DNA of 64,000 nucleotides from an uncultured Saprospiraceae bacterium (GCA_942492005.1 CALOED010000303.1:9823-73822); one strand, 5' to 3'; positions 30,588-42,410 are shown, counted from the stretch's first letter. Numbers and translations are program-made. The notes: generated from the letters alone by a model not told the origin.

Positions 30588-32702
30588 ATGAAATTAAAAG
30601 AATTTATACAAATAGAAGTACGTGACAATATCGGCATTTGCTGGATAGACCATCAGTTTGAGAAAATGAACGTGGTTTCGATAGAAGTCATGGGCGTTTT
30701 TGAAGAGTTTGCCAATCAGTTAGAGAATAATGATGCGATACAAGCGGTCGTTGTTATTAGCCGAAAACCGGACTTTCTCGCTGGAGCGGATATTAAATCC
30801 TTTGCCATTGAGAAAGAGGGTGAATTTCGACCACATCAGGCAAAAGGACACGAGGCTTTATTTCGTATTGAACAATTGAAAAAGCCAGTTATTGCAGCAA
30901 TAAACGGCACTTGCGTTGGATTAGGCGTGGAATTAGCTTTGGCTTGTCATGCCCGAATTGCCACGAAATCATCTCGGACTAAGTTTGCATTGCCCGAAGT
31001 TCAGATTGGAATTTTGCCAGGCGGTGGCGGAACGCAGCGTTTACCACGTTTGATAGGCGTGCAAAAGGCGTTGGATATGATGCTGACGGGTAAAAATATC
31101 TTTGCGCATCGAGCGAAGCAATGGGGATTAGTTGATGAATTGACCGACGAAGGTAAGCTATTGCAAGCAGCTATCATTATGGCAAAACGCATGATTAAAA
31201 AGCCAATTGAGCGGAAATCCAAATTATCCTTGATGGAAAAAGTTTTGGAAAGTCCTATCGGTCGGGGTATGCTATTTAGTCAAGCTAAAAAAATGGCTTT
31301 TAGCAAGTCACAAGGCAATTATCCTGCTATTCCTGCCATTATAGATTGTGTAGAAACGGGTATTAAAAAAGGTGCAAAAGCAGGTTACGCCAAGGAATTG
31401 GAATTATTTGAAGGTTTGTTATTGACGGATGAAAGTAAGGCATTGCGTTCGATGTTTTTTGCGATGTCGGACAACAAAAAAGTGCCTTATGATGGCGCAC
31501 GAGACTTGAACACTTTGGGGATGATTGGCGCAGGATTTATGGGCGCAGGTATTGCGGAAGTGAGTGCAACGAAAGGTATTAATGTACTTTTGAAAGATAT
31601 TAATCAAGATACGATTAATGCTGCTTATAAGCAGATTTGGAAATCCATTTCTAAAAAAATGAAACGCCGCTCGATTACTAAAATAGAAGCCGAACAACAA
31701 ATTGGCAATGTAAACGGACAACTGACTTATGAAAATTTTGATAAAGCAGATGTCGTCATTGAAGCCGTTTTGGAAGAAATGTCCCTCAAAAAACGCATCA
31801 TCAGCGACATCGAAACGAATTGCAAAGACGATGTAATCATCGCTACGAACACTTCGTCACTTTCTGTTACCGAGATGGCAAAGCACGCTCATCAACCTAA
31901 AATGGTGATTGGAATGCACTATTTTTCGCCTGTTCCGAAAATGCCATTATTAGAAATCGTTAAGACGGATTACACGGCAGATTGGGTGATTGCTTCGTGT
32001 TATAAAATGGGATTGAAGCAAGGCAAAACTTGTATTGTAGTCAAAGATGGGCCTGGATTTTATGTCAATCGCATTCTTGCACCTTACTCGAATGAATGTC
32101 TGCTGATGATAGATGAAGGCATTGCAATTGACGCAGTGGACAAGGCTTTATTGAAAAAAGGTTTCCCCGTTGGGCCGATTACTTTGTTGGATGAAGTAGG
32201 TTTGGATATTGCGGCGCACGTTACCGAAAGTTCTAAAAAAATCGTGGAAGGACGAGCAGGATTTGAGGTGTGCGAGGCGGTAGTAAAAATGAATGCGGAT
32301 GGCAGAAAAGGAAAGAAAAACAAAAAAGGTTTCTTTGCTTATAATGACAAACGTAAGAAAACAGGCGTGGACCCATCGGCTTACAACTATTTCAAAGGCA
32401 ACGGCAAACAAGAGTTGGAAAGAGAAGAAATCCAAAACCGTGCGGTGATGTTGATGCTCAAAGAAGCGGTATTGTGCCTAGAAGAAGGCATCATTGCTAA
32501 TCCGAAAGATGGTGATTTGGGTGCTGTGTTTGGTATTGGATTTTTGCCATTTACGGGCGGGCCTTTTAGTGCGATAGACACTTGGGGCGTTCAAAACGTG
32601 GTCAATACCATGAATGAATTGAAATCAAAATATGGCGAGCGTTTTTCTGCTCCGAAAACTTTGGTGAAAATGGCAGAGAAGGGCGAGCGTTTTCATGGAT
32701 AA
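30588..32702 (+). CDS. bifunctional enoyl-CoA hydratase/3-hydroxyacyl-CoA dehydrogenase (FadB/FadJ-like)
   Basis: 704 aa with an N-terminal crotonase fold and a central NAD-binding GMIGAGFMGAGIA motif. Confidence 0.85.
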   Translation: MKLKEFIQIEVRDNIGICWIDHQFEKMNVVSIEVMGVFEEFANQLENNDAIQAVVVISRKPDFLAGADIKSFAIEKEGEFRPHQAKGHEALFRIEQLKKPVIAAINGTCVGLGVELALACHARIATKSSRTKFALPEVQIGILPGGGGTQRLPRLIGVQKALDMMLTGKNIFAHRAKQWGLVDELTDEGKLLQAAIIMAKRMIKKPIERKSKLSLMEKVLESPIGRGMLFSQAKKMAFSKSQGNYPAIPAIIDCVETGIKKGAKAGYAKELELFEGLLLTDESKALRSMFFAMSDNKKVPYDGARDLNTLGMIGAGFMGAGIAEVSATKGINVLLKDINQDTINAAYKQIWKSISKKMKRRSITKIEAEQQIGNVNGQLTYENFDKADVVIEAVLEEMSLKKRIISDIETNCKDDVIIATNTSSLSVTEMAKHAHQPKMVIGMHYFSPVPKMPLLEIVKTDYTADWVIASCYKMGLKQGKTCIVVKDGPGFYVNRILAPYSNECLLMIDEGIAIDAVDKALLKKGFPVGPITLLDEVGLDIAAHVTESSKKIVEGRAGFEVCEAVVKMNADGRKGKKNKKGFFAYNDKRKKTGVDPSAYNYFKGNGKQELEREEIQNRAVMLMLKEAVLCLEEGIIANPKDGDLGAVFGIGFLPFTGGPFSAIDTWGVQNVVNTMNELKSKYGERFSAPKTLVKMAEKGERFHG

Positions 32703-32791
32703 AAACAAACTAGGAGTATTCATTTACGAGACTTTTGAGTTGTAGTAAACATATTATCAAAAAGGGTAGTTCGAGTTTTAAAAATTACTTT

Positions 32792-32838
32792 GGCTTGATT
32801 ATAGATTTTTATATCTATGGTCAAGCTTTTTTATTTTA
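32792..32838 (+). terminator. intrinsic terminator of the fad operon
   Basis: GCTTGA..ATAGAT-loop-ATCTAT..TCAAGC followed by TTTTTTATTTT. Confidence 0.6.
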
Positions 32839-32901
32839 TGAAAAAGAGAAAAGTTATAAAAAAAGCATCGTTTTAGAGACCTTATATGAAGCATTAGTAA
32901 G

Positions 32902-33300
32902 GTGATTTTTCAAAAAAAAAGTAAATTTATGAAATTGATAATGGTAACTATTTTCGCATTTTCAGCCTCTTTTGGGCATTTTATTAAACCCAGCGCAATA
33001 CCTATGGGAGATTGGGAGATGAAAATTAAAACGCCTATTGGATGGAAGAGTAGTGTAATGGAAATTTCTAAAGAAAAAGGAATACTTTATGGAAAGTCGT
33101 CCAAATTTGGGAAAATTGAGATTGCAATTAGTGGCAAAAAAGTAAGCTGGATAGAAGAAAGTAAAACACCATTTGGAAAAGTAACGGTCAAAGCCATCGG
33201 GACAATTGACGATTCAAGAAAAATAATCAAAGGATATTCTACCATTTTGAATGGCCCAATGAAAGGAAAAAAACTAAAATGGACGATGCGGAAGCAATAG
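32902..33300 (+). CDS. hypothetical small secreted protein
   Basis: 132-aa ORF. The likely start is the internal MKLIMVTIFAFSASFG signal peptide at about 32929. Confidence 0.5.
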   Translation: MIFQKKSKFMKLIMVTIFAFSASFGHFIKPSAIPMGDWEMKIKTPIGWKSSVMEISKEKGILYGKSSKFGKIEIAISGKKVSWIEESKTPFGKVTVKAIGTIDDSRKIIKGYSTILNGPMKGKKLKWTMRKQ

Positions 33301-33311
33301 CCCACACAGGG

Positions 33312-33710
33312 TCAATCATTCCAAAAAGCATCCTCAAAATGGGTCACATAAGTATTCTCATTTCGTATTATCACAGAAATGACATCAAATCGAAACTCCC
33401 AATCGTGGCCCACTTCTTCCATATAAAAACCCGCAGCGTGCGTCATTAAGTCCATTTTTTGTTGAGTAATGGCACTTTCTGGTTCGCCAAAATAATTATC
33501 GCTACGGGTTTTTATTTCTACAAATACCATTACTTCATCTATTTTTGCAATCAAATCTATTTCCGCACGCCCCGTTCGCCAGTTGCGCTCAAGTATGGTA
33601 TAGCCTTTTTGCAATAAAAAATGGTAGGCTACTTGTTCGCCTTGTTTGCCGAGTTCGTTATGTTGAGCCATTTTTGAATAATATTTTTTGAAATTGGAAG
33701 GATGAATCAA
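33312..33710 (-). CDS. YraN family (UPF0102) endonuclease-like protein
   Basis: 132 aa. GEQVAYHFLLQKGYTILERNWR...EIDLIA...VFVEIKTR is typical of YraN. Confidence 0.75.
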   Translation of the reverse strand: MIHPSNFKKYYSKMAQHNELGKQGEQVAYHFLLQKGYTILERNWRTGRAEIDLIAKIDEVMVFVEIKTRSDNYFGEPESAITQQKMDLMTHAAGFYMEEVGHDWEFRFDVISVIIRNENTYVTHFEDAFWND

Positions 33711-33845
33711 TTTTACGAAATTTGCGGCATATCTCGAAAAAACTTTACCTTAGAAACAAATTAAAACTTACCTAACGGACGGGTAGATTAATTTTTTTTA
33801 CGGTCAAAGTTTACTGTTACGAAACGAGCACGGAAACAAAAAATT

Positions 33846-34541
33846 ATGCAAAAAGTAATATTTGAAGATTTACAACATATATCATATCAGGAAGCATGGG
33901 ACTATCAAACGCAATTGATGAAAGAGAAAGTAGCCATCAAGCGAAGCAACCGTAGTTTGCCGAAAGCGGAACAAAAAGAGCAAATGCATCATTTATTGTT
34001 TTGCGAGCATCCGCACGTTTATACTTTGGGCAAAAGCGGAAGTATCGAAAATTTGCTACTCAACTAAGCGGAATTGAAGGAAAAAATCATTGAGTTTTTT
34101 AAAATCAATAGAGGCGGAGATATTACTTATCATGGCACAGGGCAGATTACGGGCTATCCGATTTTTGATTTGGGCGGCTTTTTTTCCGATATTAAAAAAT
34201 ACATTACTTACGTGGAAGAAGTCGTGATACGTGTGATTGCAGAATACGGCTTGACGGGCGATAGGATAGCAGGAGCTTCGGGCGTTTGGTTGGATATCGA
34301 TACTCGCCCTCGTAAAATATGTGCCATAGGCGTACACCTGAGCCGATGGGTAACGATGCACGGCTTCGCATTCAACGTCAATACGGATTTGACTTATTTT
34401 AAAAATATCATTCCTTGCGGTATTGATGACAAAGAAGTAACCTCCTTGCAAGCAGAACTCGGTCGCCCTTTGGATATGGATGAAGTAAAAGCAAGGGTAA
34501 AATATTATTATAAAGAGTTGTTTGGCTTTGAGTATGTTTAG
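33846..34541 (+). pseudogene. lipB: lipoyl(octanoyl) transferase LipB with an in-frame TAA at 34065-34067
   Basis: The ORFs 33846..34067 and 34074..34541 are in the same frame (228 nt apart). The downstream part has RGGDITYHGTGQ and the catalytic region. The total of 232 codons equals normal LipB length. Confidence 0.8.
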
Positions 34542-34776
34542 TGAAAGTAGGTACTATTTAAATGAAAATAAGTACCTGGACAGATTTATATATCCAATGG
34601 GTTTCAACCATTGTGAACTAATTGGTTGAAAAACAATGGGTTAAGACCCATTGGAGAGGACCAGTTATTTACAAAATAATTTTGTCCGACTACTTAGGGC
34701 TAAAACCACGAACTTAACCTACTCGGATTGTGGTTAAAGATTAAAATTTAAAGAACCAAATAAAAAAAACACGACT

Positions 34777-35190
34777 ATGCTGAAAGATATTCCCGTTTTG
34801 AAGGTAACGGATTTAGGAATTGCGATTGTGCCAAGAGAGGAACAAAAGGTAGATGGAGAAGTAGAATTATGGGATGTGTATCTTATAAATTTAAAAAAAG
34901 ACACTATCTTTAATATCATCATCAATATGCAAGGATATGGCATTCAACAAGAAGAAAAAATAGAAACGACTAATTTTCGTATATTTATAGAAAATTTAGA
35001 ATCAGGGAGTTATGCCAAAATTGAGTCCATCTCTACCAATGTTTTTCATTTGGCAAACCAATATTGGGTCAGTTTTACGCAGGATAAGATTTTATACGAT
35101 AGAAAATATGTGTTTGTAGAAGGTAGCATTCACGAGATGAATTTTACGAGAGTGCCTTTGCTAGAGAAGCGAGGCGTGATGATAAAATAA
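34777..35190 (+). CDS. hypothetical protein
   Basis: 137-aa ORF. No motif recognised. Confidence 0.5.
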   Translation: MLKDIPVLKVTDLGIAIVPREEQKVDGEVELWDVYLINLKKDTIFNIIINMQGYGIQQEEKIETTNFRIFIENLESGSYAKIESISTNVFHLANQYWVSFTQDKILYDRKYVFVEGSIHEMNFTRVPLLEKRGVMIK

Positions 35191-35304
35191 TGAAGTTTAC
35201 GAGCTTGCCAATGTTTTTAAGCTGACTTAATACTTAGCAACGTCCCCAAAAAAAATCCACCAAACACGAATATCACTGAATTTTTAATCCGCTACTAGAA
35301 TGTT

Positions 35305-37039
35305 ATGAAGCAAGGAATACTGAGCATATTTATTACTTTTTTGATAGTTGGACAAATGTTGGCGCAACGTTTTTCGCCAACGTTTACAACGCCACCTAAT
35401 GTGCCGGGCGTGCGAACAATGGCGGAATGGGAAGAAATAGAAGCCTTAGTCGTTACTTGGACGGGAACTCCTACGGGATTTCCGAATATTGTCAGAGAAA
35501 TTATTCGCCATGCAAAGGAGGAAGTGAAAGTAATCGTAATATGCTCGGATTCTAATATCGTAAAGTCGTATTTGAATAGCCATAATATCAATACGGTGAA
35601 TGTGGCTTTTATTCAAGATTTTTATAATAGCGTTTGGATTCGAGACTATGGCGCAACTACCATTTATGGCAATACCGTAGATTCTTTGTATCTCGTAGAT
35701 TGGATTTACAACCGACCTCGCCCGTTTGACGACCGCATTCCGAAAGTCATTTCAGATTTTAATAACCTTTCGTTGTATTCTACTATTCATAGTCCTTATG
35801 ATTTGGTGAACACAGGCGGAAATTTTATGAGCGATGGACAAGGAACAGCGTTTGCCTCCAAACTTATTTTGCAAGAAAATGGGCCAATAGGCGCGTATAA
35901 TACAACGCCCAAAACGGAGCAACAGGTAGATTCTATCATGGAACAGTTCATGGGAATTTCCAATTTTATAAAAATGGAATTAGCTCCATATAACCGTATC
36001 AATCATATTGATATGTATATGAAACTCCTCAATGAAGAAACCCTATTGGTAGGAGAATACCCACAAGGCATTGCCGATGGTACAAATAGAGCAGAATATC
36101 AATTATATTAAAAATAACGTGACTTCTACTTTCGGCACACCTTACCGAATCGTTCGAGTACCGATGCCGCCCGATACCTGTGGCAATTATCCCGATTATA
36201 ATGGCGCAAGCTGCATGACGGGAACTACGGGCAATTATGCAGGACATTATCGGACTTACACCAATATGGTGTTTGTGAATAAGACGGTGTTAGTGCCTAT
36301 TTATAGCTATCAATATGATACCATAGCGTTGAATATTATAAAAAAAGAACTGCCTGGCTACAAGGTGGTAGGTATCGACTGCGACGAAATGATAGGCTAT
36401 GGTGGCGCATTGCATTGTATCACAAAGGCAATAGGCACACAAGAGCCTCTTTTGATGGTGCATCAGCCCATACGAGATACAATATTTCAGGCCAATGGAT
36501 ACGATATAAAAGCAAAAATTCAGCATCGTAGCCAAATACAAGCCGCCGTACTTTATTATACAACGGATACCGCACAGGGTTTTATGGCTAAAGCAATGAC
36601 GCAATTTAACAGCGACTATTGGACAGTAAACCTGCCAACTCAGCCCAAAGGCAGCACGGTTTATTATTATATAAAAGCCAAAAGCTATTCAGGAAAAGAA
36701 CAAGTTCGCCCCATTACCGCACCCAAAGGGTATTGGCAATTTGAAGTAAAAACGCCTTTGAATAGTCAAGCACCAGCCTTTAGTTTTGAGCTAAAAAACG
36801 CTTACCCAAACCCCACAGGCGATAAATTATACATTCCCATTGTTTCGGAAAATAAGGTAGAAGTAGAATTGTATTTGTATAATATAAATGGGCAAAAACT
36901 TAAAAATGTTTATACAGGAAACTTAGTGCCAGGGCAATCTTTATTTGAAACTTCATTAAAAGACTTGCCAATTGGAACTTACTTCGTAGTTTTGCAATCA
37001 GAATTGGGGAAACAATCCCAAAAAATAGTTAAGCAATAA
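35305..37039 (+). pseudogene. agmatine deiminase/Porphyromonas-type peptidylarginine deiminase family protein with T9SS CTD; frameshifted near 36078-36084
   Basis: The N-terminal ORF 35305..36111 has a signal peptide and WIRDYG. The second frame is open from 36053 and has GALHC (catalytic Cys) and a C-terminal YPNPTGDKLYI...GTYFVVLQ CTD. The junction reads GAT GGT A CAA ATA GAG. Confidence 0.75.
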
Positions 37040-37053
37040 AAAAAGATAAAGCC

Positions 37054-38118
37054 ATGAGCGAACGAATAGAGGACGTAGAAGATGTGGAAGATGATAATCA
37101 ATTATATGAGCATTATCGTTATGATGTTGATAAAGGACAATCCATTATTCGAGTAGATAAATTTTTGGTAGATAAGGTAGAAAGAGTTACTCGAAGCAAA
37201 ATACAACGAGCTTGCGCCAATCAGATGGTAAAAGTAAATGATAAGCCCGTGAAGGCCAATCAAAAGATAAAACCGAGAGACGTAGTTACTATCACTTTGC
37301 CAAAGTCGCCGAATAGCGACCACATTATTCCAGAAGAAATGCCAATAGATGTTCACTATGAAGACGAACACGTTTTGGTATTGAATAAGCCAGCAGGATT
37401 AGTCGTGCATCCGGGTATCGGCAACCATAGCGGTACATTGGTCAACGGATTGGCACATTATTTCCAACAACAAAACAAAACGGGCAAACTCCCTGTCATG
37501 GAAGGCAATCAGCCTGACCGCCCAGGATTAGTGCATCGTATTGATAAAAATACTTCGGGGCTAATGGTCATCGCTAAGAACGAAGAAGCAATGACGCACC
37601 TTGCCAAGCAGTTTTTTGACCACAGCATTGAGCGAAAATATGTGGCATTGGTCTGGGGAGAGTTCAACGAAGATGAAGGAACAATCGAAGGAAATATAGG
37701 ACGACATCCTCGCCATAGGCTTCAAATGACGGTTTTCCCTGATGGCGAAGAAGGAAAACACGCTGTCACGCATTACCGAGTTTTAGAAAAATTTTATTAC
37801 GTCAGTTTGGTAGAATGTATATTGGAAACGGGGCGAACGCACCAAATTCGAGTACACACCAAACATTTAGGACACCCTGTGTTTAATGACGAACGCTACG
37901 GAGGCGACAGCGTTGTGAAAGGAACCGTATTTTCTAAATACAAACAGTTCGTTCACAATTGTTTTAAAATCATTCCTCGACATGCACTACACGCCAAATC
38001 ATTAGGATTTGTGCATCCTGCAACGGGAGAAAAAATGTATTTTGAAATAGACCTGCCTACTGATATGGAAGAAGTTTTGGATAAATGGAGAAAATACGTA
38101 GAAGTAAAAATGAAATAG
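37054..38118 (+). CDS. rluD: RluA-family 23S rRNA pseudouridine synthase (RluD-like)
   Basis: 354 aa with an S4-like N-terminal domain and the HRIDKNTSGLMV catalytic motif. Confidence 0.8.
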   Translation: MSERIEDVEDVEDDNQLYEHYRYDVDKGQSIIRVDKFLVDKVERVTRSKIQRACANQMVKVNDKPVKANQKIKPRDVVTITLPKSPNSDHIIPEEMPIDVHYEDEHVLVLNKPAGLVVHPGIGNHSGTLVNGLAHYFQQQNKTGKLPVMEGNQPDRPGLVHRIDKNTSGLMVIAKNEEAMTHLAKQFFDHSIERKYVALVWGEFNEDEGTIEGNIGRHPRHRLQMTVFPDGEEGKHAVTHYRVLEKFYYVSLVECILETGRTHQIRVHTKHLGHPVFNDERYGGDSVVKGTVFSKYKQFVHNCFKIIPRHALHAKSLGFVHPATGEKMYFEIDLPTDMEEVLDKWRKYVEVKMK

Positions 38119-38359
38119 CAAGATGAAATATAACTTAGATGAACGGGTTTGTTCTTTGTTGAATAAAAATATTTTTATCTAAATCCTCCTTCAAGGCGGC
38201 TCAAAAGCGGTTTCTTTGGCAATTTTTGCATTTGGTTACGGAATACAGAAATTGCCAAAGTACCAAAATATTCTGTGTCACAAATTTAATTTATTACAAA
38301 TAATCTTTAATTTTTATATAACTTTGACCAATGCTTTTTCCTAATTTATACTAAACTTA

Positions 38360-41171
38360 ATGTCTCTAAAACACACAAATATTTTCTTATTACTCGCTCT
38401 TGTCTTCATTGGCATTAGGCTAGACGCTGCACCAAAAGTAGAAAAAGGCGTGTTGAACTGTGTGGATTTGGATTTTAAGACCGAAAAATACGTCAGTCTT
38501 GAAGGCGAATGGGAATTTTATTGGCAAAAACTATATGAACCCAAAGACTTTAAAGCATCAATAGTTCTTCAACGGCAACCTACTTACGCTCCTTTTCCCG
38601 AACTGTGGACGAACCTGACGATTGACGGAAAAAGCCTTACCGCAAAAGGATATGCAACTTACCGACTGATTGTCAAAAACGATACGCTTTTGCCTTTAAT
38701 GGCTATCGAAATGCCCGACGTTTACTCTGCCTACAAACTTTGGGTAAATGGCAAGTTGATAGCAGCAAACGGAGAAGTAGGCAAATCAAGCGTTTCTACT
38801 ATTCCTTACTGGCTGCCTCAAACTCAATCCATCGCTCTGCCTAAAAAAACGAACGAAATCGTTTTACAAATATCTAACTTCCACCACAGTAAAGGCGGAA
38901 TCAGTAAAACGCCTCGACTAGGCACTAGCGAAGCCCTAACGCTCAAAAGAGAACGAGAACTGACTTATATTTACCTTCTTACGGGAAGTTTACTGATGGG
39001 CGGTTTGTTCTTTTTAGGACTGTTTCTGTATGGCAAAAATGATAGAGCCGTCTTGTATTTTTCGCTATTTTGTATGATTTATGGCTTGCGAGTAATGGGT
39101 ACGGACCTTTATGCCCTACATGGAGTCCTCAAACTGCCTTGGGGAATTACGACTGCCTTTGAATATATATCCTTGTATTTGGTCGTCATACTTTTTATAG
39201 AATTTGTATATAACCTTTATCCCAAAGAATCGAACAAACTCATTATAAGGATATTTCAAGGCATCTCGGCATTCCTTATCCTCCTTACCATTATATTGCC
39301 TGCCACTATTTACACCGCAGTCATTAATTTTTACCTGCTTACCGTAGCGTTATTTATTATTTATGGTATTACGATTTTTGTAAGAGCAGCTATCAAGCAG
39401 CGAGAAGGAACGGTGTATGCGCTGTTGAGTATGCTCATATTATTTACGGTTTTATTACTAAATATAGGAGCATATTTTGGCGTGTTGCCCTTTATGCCGT
39501 TTTTTTATTTTGTAGGATATATCTTGTTTTTCTTCTTACAATCCTTGATTTTGTCTTACCGTTTTGCCTCTAATTTTCGCCGAGCAACCGAAGCCGCAGA
39601 ATCGGGCGCAAAGGTAAAATCGGAATTTTTGGCAACCATGAGCCACGAAATCCGAACGCCGATGAACGGAATTATAGGCATGACGACCCTCATGGCGCAA
39701 ACGGAGGCTCTCCGAAGAACAACAAAACTACATTGAAACCATCAGAGTGAGTGGCGAAAGTCTTATCACTATCATTAATGAAATTCTCGATTTTTCTAAA
39801 ATAGAGTCGGGAAAAATGGAACTCGAAGAACAACCTTTTGAAATAGAAGTAGCTCTCGAGGAAGTGCTGGATTTATTATCCGTAAAAGCCAATAGCAAAA
39901 AACTCGACCTGTGGTATAAAATCAATCGAGATGTGCCTCCTTTGATAGTAGGAGATGTGACTCGCCTCAAGCAAATTTTAATCAACCTGATAGGTAATGC
40001 TATCAAATTTACGGAAGAAGGCGAAATTTATATAGAAGTCAATCTAACGGAATCCGCTAATGAGGTACTTACATTAGAGTTTAAAATACAAGATACGGGC
40101 ATTGGTATTCCTAAAGAAAAGCAAGATTTATTATTTACAAAATTCACACAAGTAGATGCCTCTACTACTCGAAAATATGGCGGTACGGGCTTAGGATTAG
40201 CCATTAGCCAAAAATTGGTAGAACTCATGGGCGGCACTATCACCGTCGAAAGTGAGGAAGGAAAAGGTTCTACTTTTATCTTTTCGATAACGTTTAAACC
40301 AACAGAGGAAACACCAGAACGCTCGTTCTATATGGATGAATTGGCTATTATGAAAGATAAAAATATCTTACTTATAGCAGACGCTCCCAACCTCATCAAC
40401 ATCATAGAATACCAAGTGAAGCATTGGCAAGCTCATTTAAAAATAGCGAAAAACATTAGCGAGACACTTCAATCGCTCAATCAAAAATATGATTTAATCC
40501 TAATTTATGAACGACTAAGGGGCGTAAGTGGCATTGCACTCGAAAAGAGAATCCGCTTCACCGCTCAAGGCAAAGATGTACCCATTATTATACTCTCAAC
40601 AAGCCATTTTGAAAGTTCGCAACGCAGTGATATGCACGTATTTACGGCTTTTGTGAATAACCCAATTAAGGTTTCTAACCTCCGCCACAACATCAAAAAC
40701 CTCGTATTGCCAGAAGGAAAAGCAGTGCAATATCGAAAAATATTACAACGAGAAACCGACTTGTTAGGGAATAAACTCCCATTGAATATCCTAGTAGCAG
40801 AAGACCATCCTATCAACCAACGATTGATACTTTATTTGCTCAAAAAGCAAGGCTATCAAGCTACGGCTGTTTCTAATGGCCAGGAAGCTATCGAAATATT
40901 GGAGCAGCAAAACTTTGATATTCTATTCATGGATGTGCAAATGCCAATACTAGATGGCATTGAGGCAACCAAAAAAATTGTTGCCCAAAGACCAAATTTC
41001 CCAGAGCGTCCCGTTATCATTGCCATGACGGCCAATGCCATGCAGGGCGATAGAGAAAGGTGTTTGTATGCTGGAATGGACGATTATTTGAGTAAGCCGC
41101 TCAAGCCAGGCATCGTTGCAGAAACGCTAACCAAATGGGGAACTCGCCTGAAAAATATAGAGCAAGACTAA
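38360..41171 (+). pseudogene. hybrid sensor histidine kinase/response regulator with 7TMR-DISM-type sensor; frameshifted near 39703-39708
   Basis: ORF 1 has an extracellular domain, 7 TM helices and the H-box [10 protein letters not shown]. The second frame (open from 39684) continues [19 protein letters not shown]..., then HATPase_c (GTGLGLAIS) and a C-terminal REC domain ([10 protein letters not shown]). An extra G in ACGGAGGCTC explains the shift. Confidence 0.8.
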
Positions 41172-41177
41172 ACATTG

Positions 41178-42410
41178 CTAGCTCCCAATAAATCCCAACT
41201 GCGCCAAATCCTTCCAAAAATCGGGATAAGATTTTTCAACTACCTGCGGATGCTCAATTTGAACGCTGCCTAGCCTCATAGCTAATGGCGCAAATGCCAT
41301 TGCCATTCGGTGGTCTTCGTAAGTTGCAAAAGAAGGAATGCTGTTTTGAATGGCTGCTTTTTTACGAATCTGACAACTTCCATCGGCTTGTTCTATAAAA
41401 TCAACATCCACCTTTTGGAGTTCCTGAAAAAGGGCTTGCACTCTATCCGTTTCTTTGATTTTGAGCGTTTCTAAACCCGAAAAATGCCCTCCTATACCCA
41501 ATCCGCCACAAACAACCGCCAGCGACTGCGCTATATCTGGACATTCTAAAAAGTCAAAAACAAAGGGCTTTTCGGCCATTTCGGCCATTTTGGACTTAGA
41601 CAATCGCAGACCATTTTTATTAAAAATCGTTTGTACGCCAAAATGTGTCATCATCTCACTCAGTACCGAATCGCCTTGCACGCTATTGGCAAATAAGCCA
41701 TTGAGTTGCAAATCGCATTCGTCCGAAAAAGCCGCCATTGCATAATAGTAAGAGGCTGCCGACCAATCCGCCTCTACGGTAAACGGCTGGGCAAGGTAGT
41801 TTTGAGCCGAAATTGAAATGGCGTTTTCCTTCCATTGGTATTCTATTCCAAAATGCGCCATCAAGTTGAGCGTCATTTGAATATAAGGGCGAGAAACAAC
41901 ATGGCCTGTAAGCTCCAAAACCAAACCATTCGGCAAAACAGGAGCTATCATTAGTAAAGCAGAAATATACTGGCTGCTGACACTTGCAGGGATTTGAATA
42001 GTATTATTTTCACCAAAATGAGGCGCAGGCTTGTTGATTTTCAAAGGAGGATAACCTTCTTTTTCGAGGTATTCGATGTTTGCGCCTAGTTGGTTTAAGG
42101 CATTTACAAGAATGCCAATGGGGCGTTGTTTCATTCTTTCAGAGCCTGTTAGTAGCTGTTCGCCATCTTGCAATGCCAAATATGCCGTCATGAATCGGAA
42201 GGTCGTTCCTGCTGGGCCAGCGTCGTAAGTAGTACCTTTATCCGCCAATAATTGTATTAAAGTTTGGGTATCTTTAGCGGCCGCTATTTTATAAATAGGA
42301 AAATCTTGACCACTCAACGCCCGAATCAATAATGCTCGATTGCAAATACTTTTAGAGCCTGTCAATGTGATTTCGCCTTTTATTATCCTGTCTTTTTTTG
42401 AAAGTTTCAT
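41178..42410 (-). CDS. aroA: 3-phosphoshikimate 1-carboxyvinyltransferase (EPSP synthase)
   Basis: 410 aa with LTGSKSICNRALLI and other family-typical segments. Confidence 0.85.
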   Translation of the reverse strand: MKLSKKDRIIKGEITLTGSKSICNRALLIRALSGQDFPIYKIAAAKDTQTLIQLLADKGTTYDAGPAGTTFRFMTAYLALQDGEQLLTGSERMKQRPIGILVNALNQLGANIEYLEKEGYPPLKINKPAPHFGENNTIQIPASVSSQYISALLMIAPVLPNGLVLELTGHVVSRPYIQMTLNLMAHFGIEYQWKENAISISAQNYLAQPFTVEADWSAASYYYAMAAFSDECDLQLNGLFANSVQGDSVLSEMMTHFGVQTIFNKNGLRLSKSKMAEMAEKPFVFDFLECPDIAQSLAVVCGGLGIGGHFSGLETLKIKETDRVQALFQELQKVDVDFIEQADGSCQIRKKAAIQNSIPSFATYEDHRMAMAFAPLAMRLGSVQIEHPQVVEKSYPDFWKDLAQLGFIGS

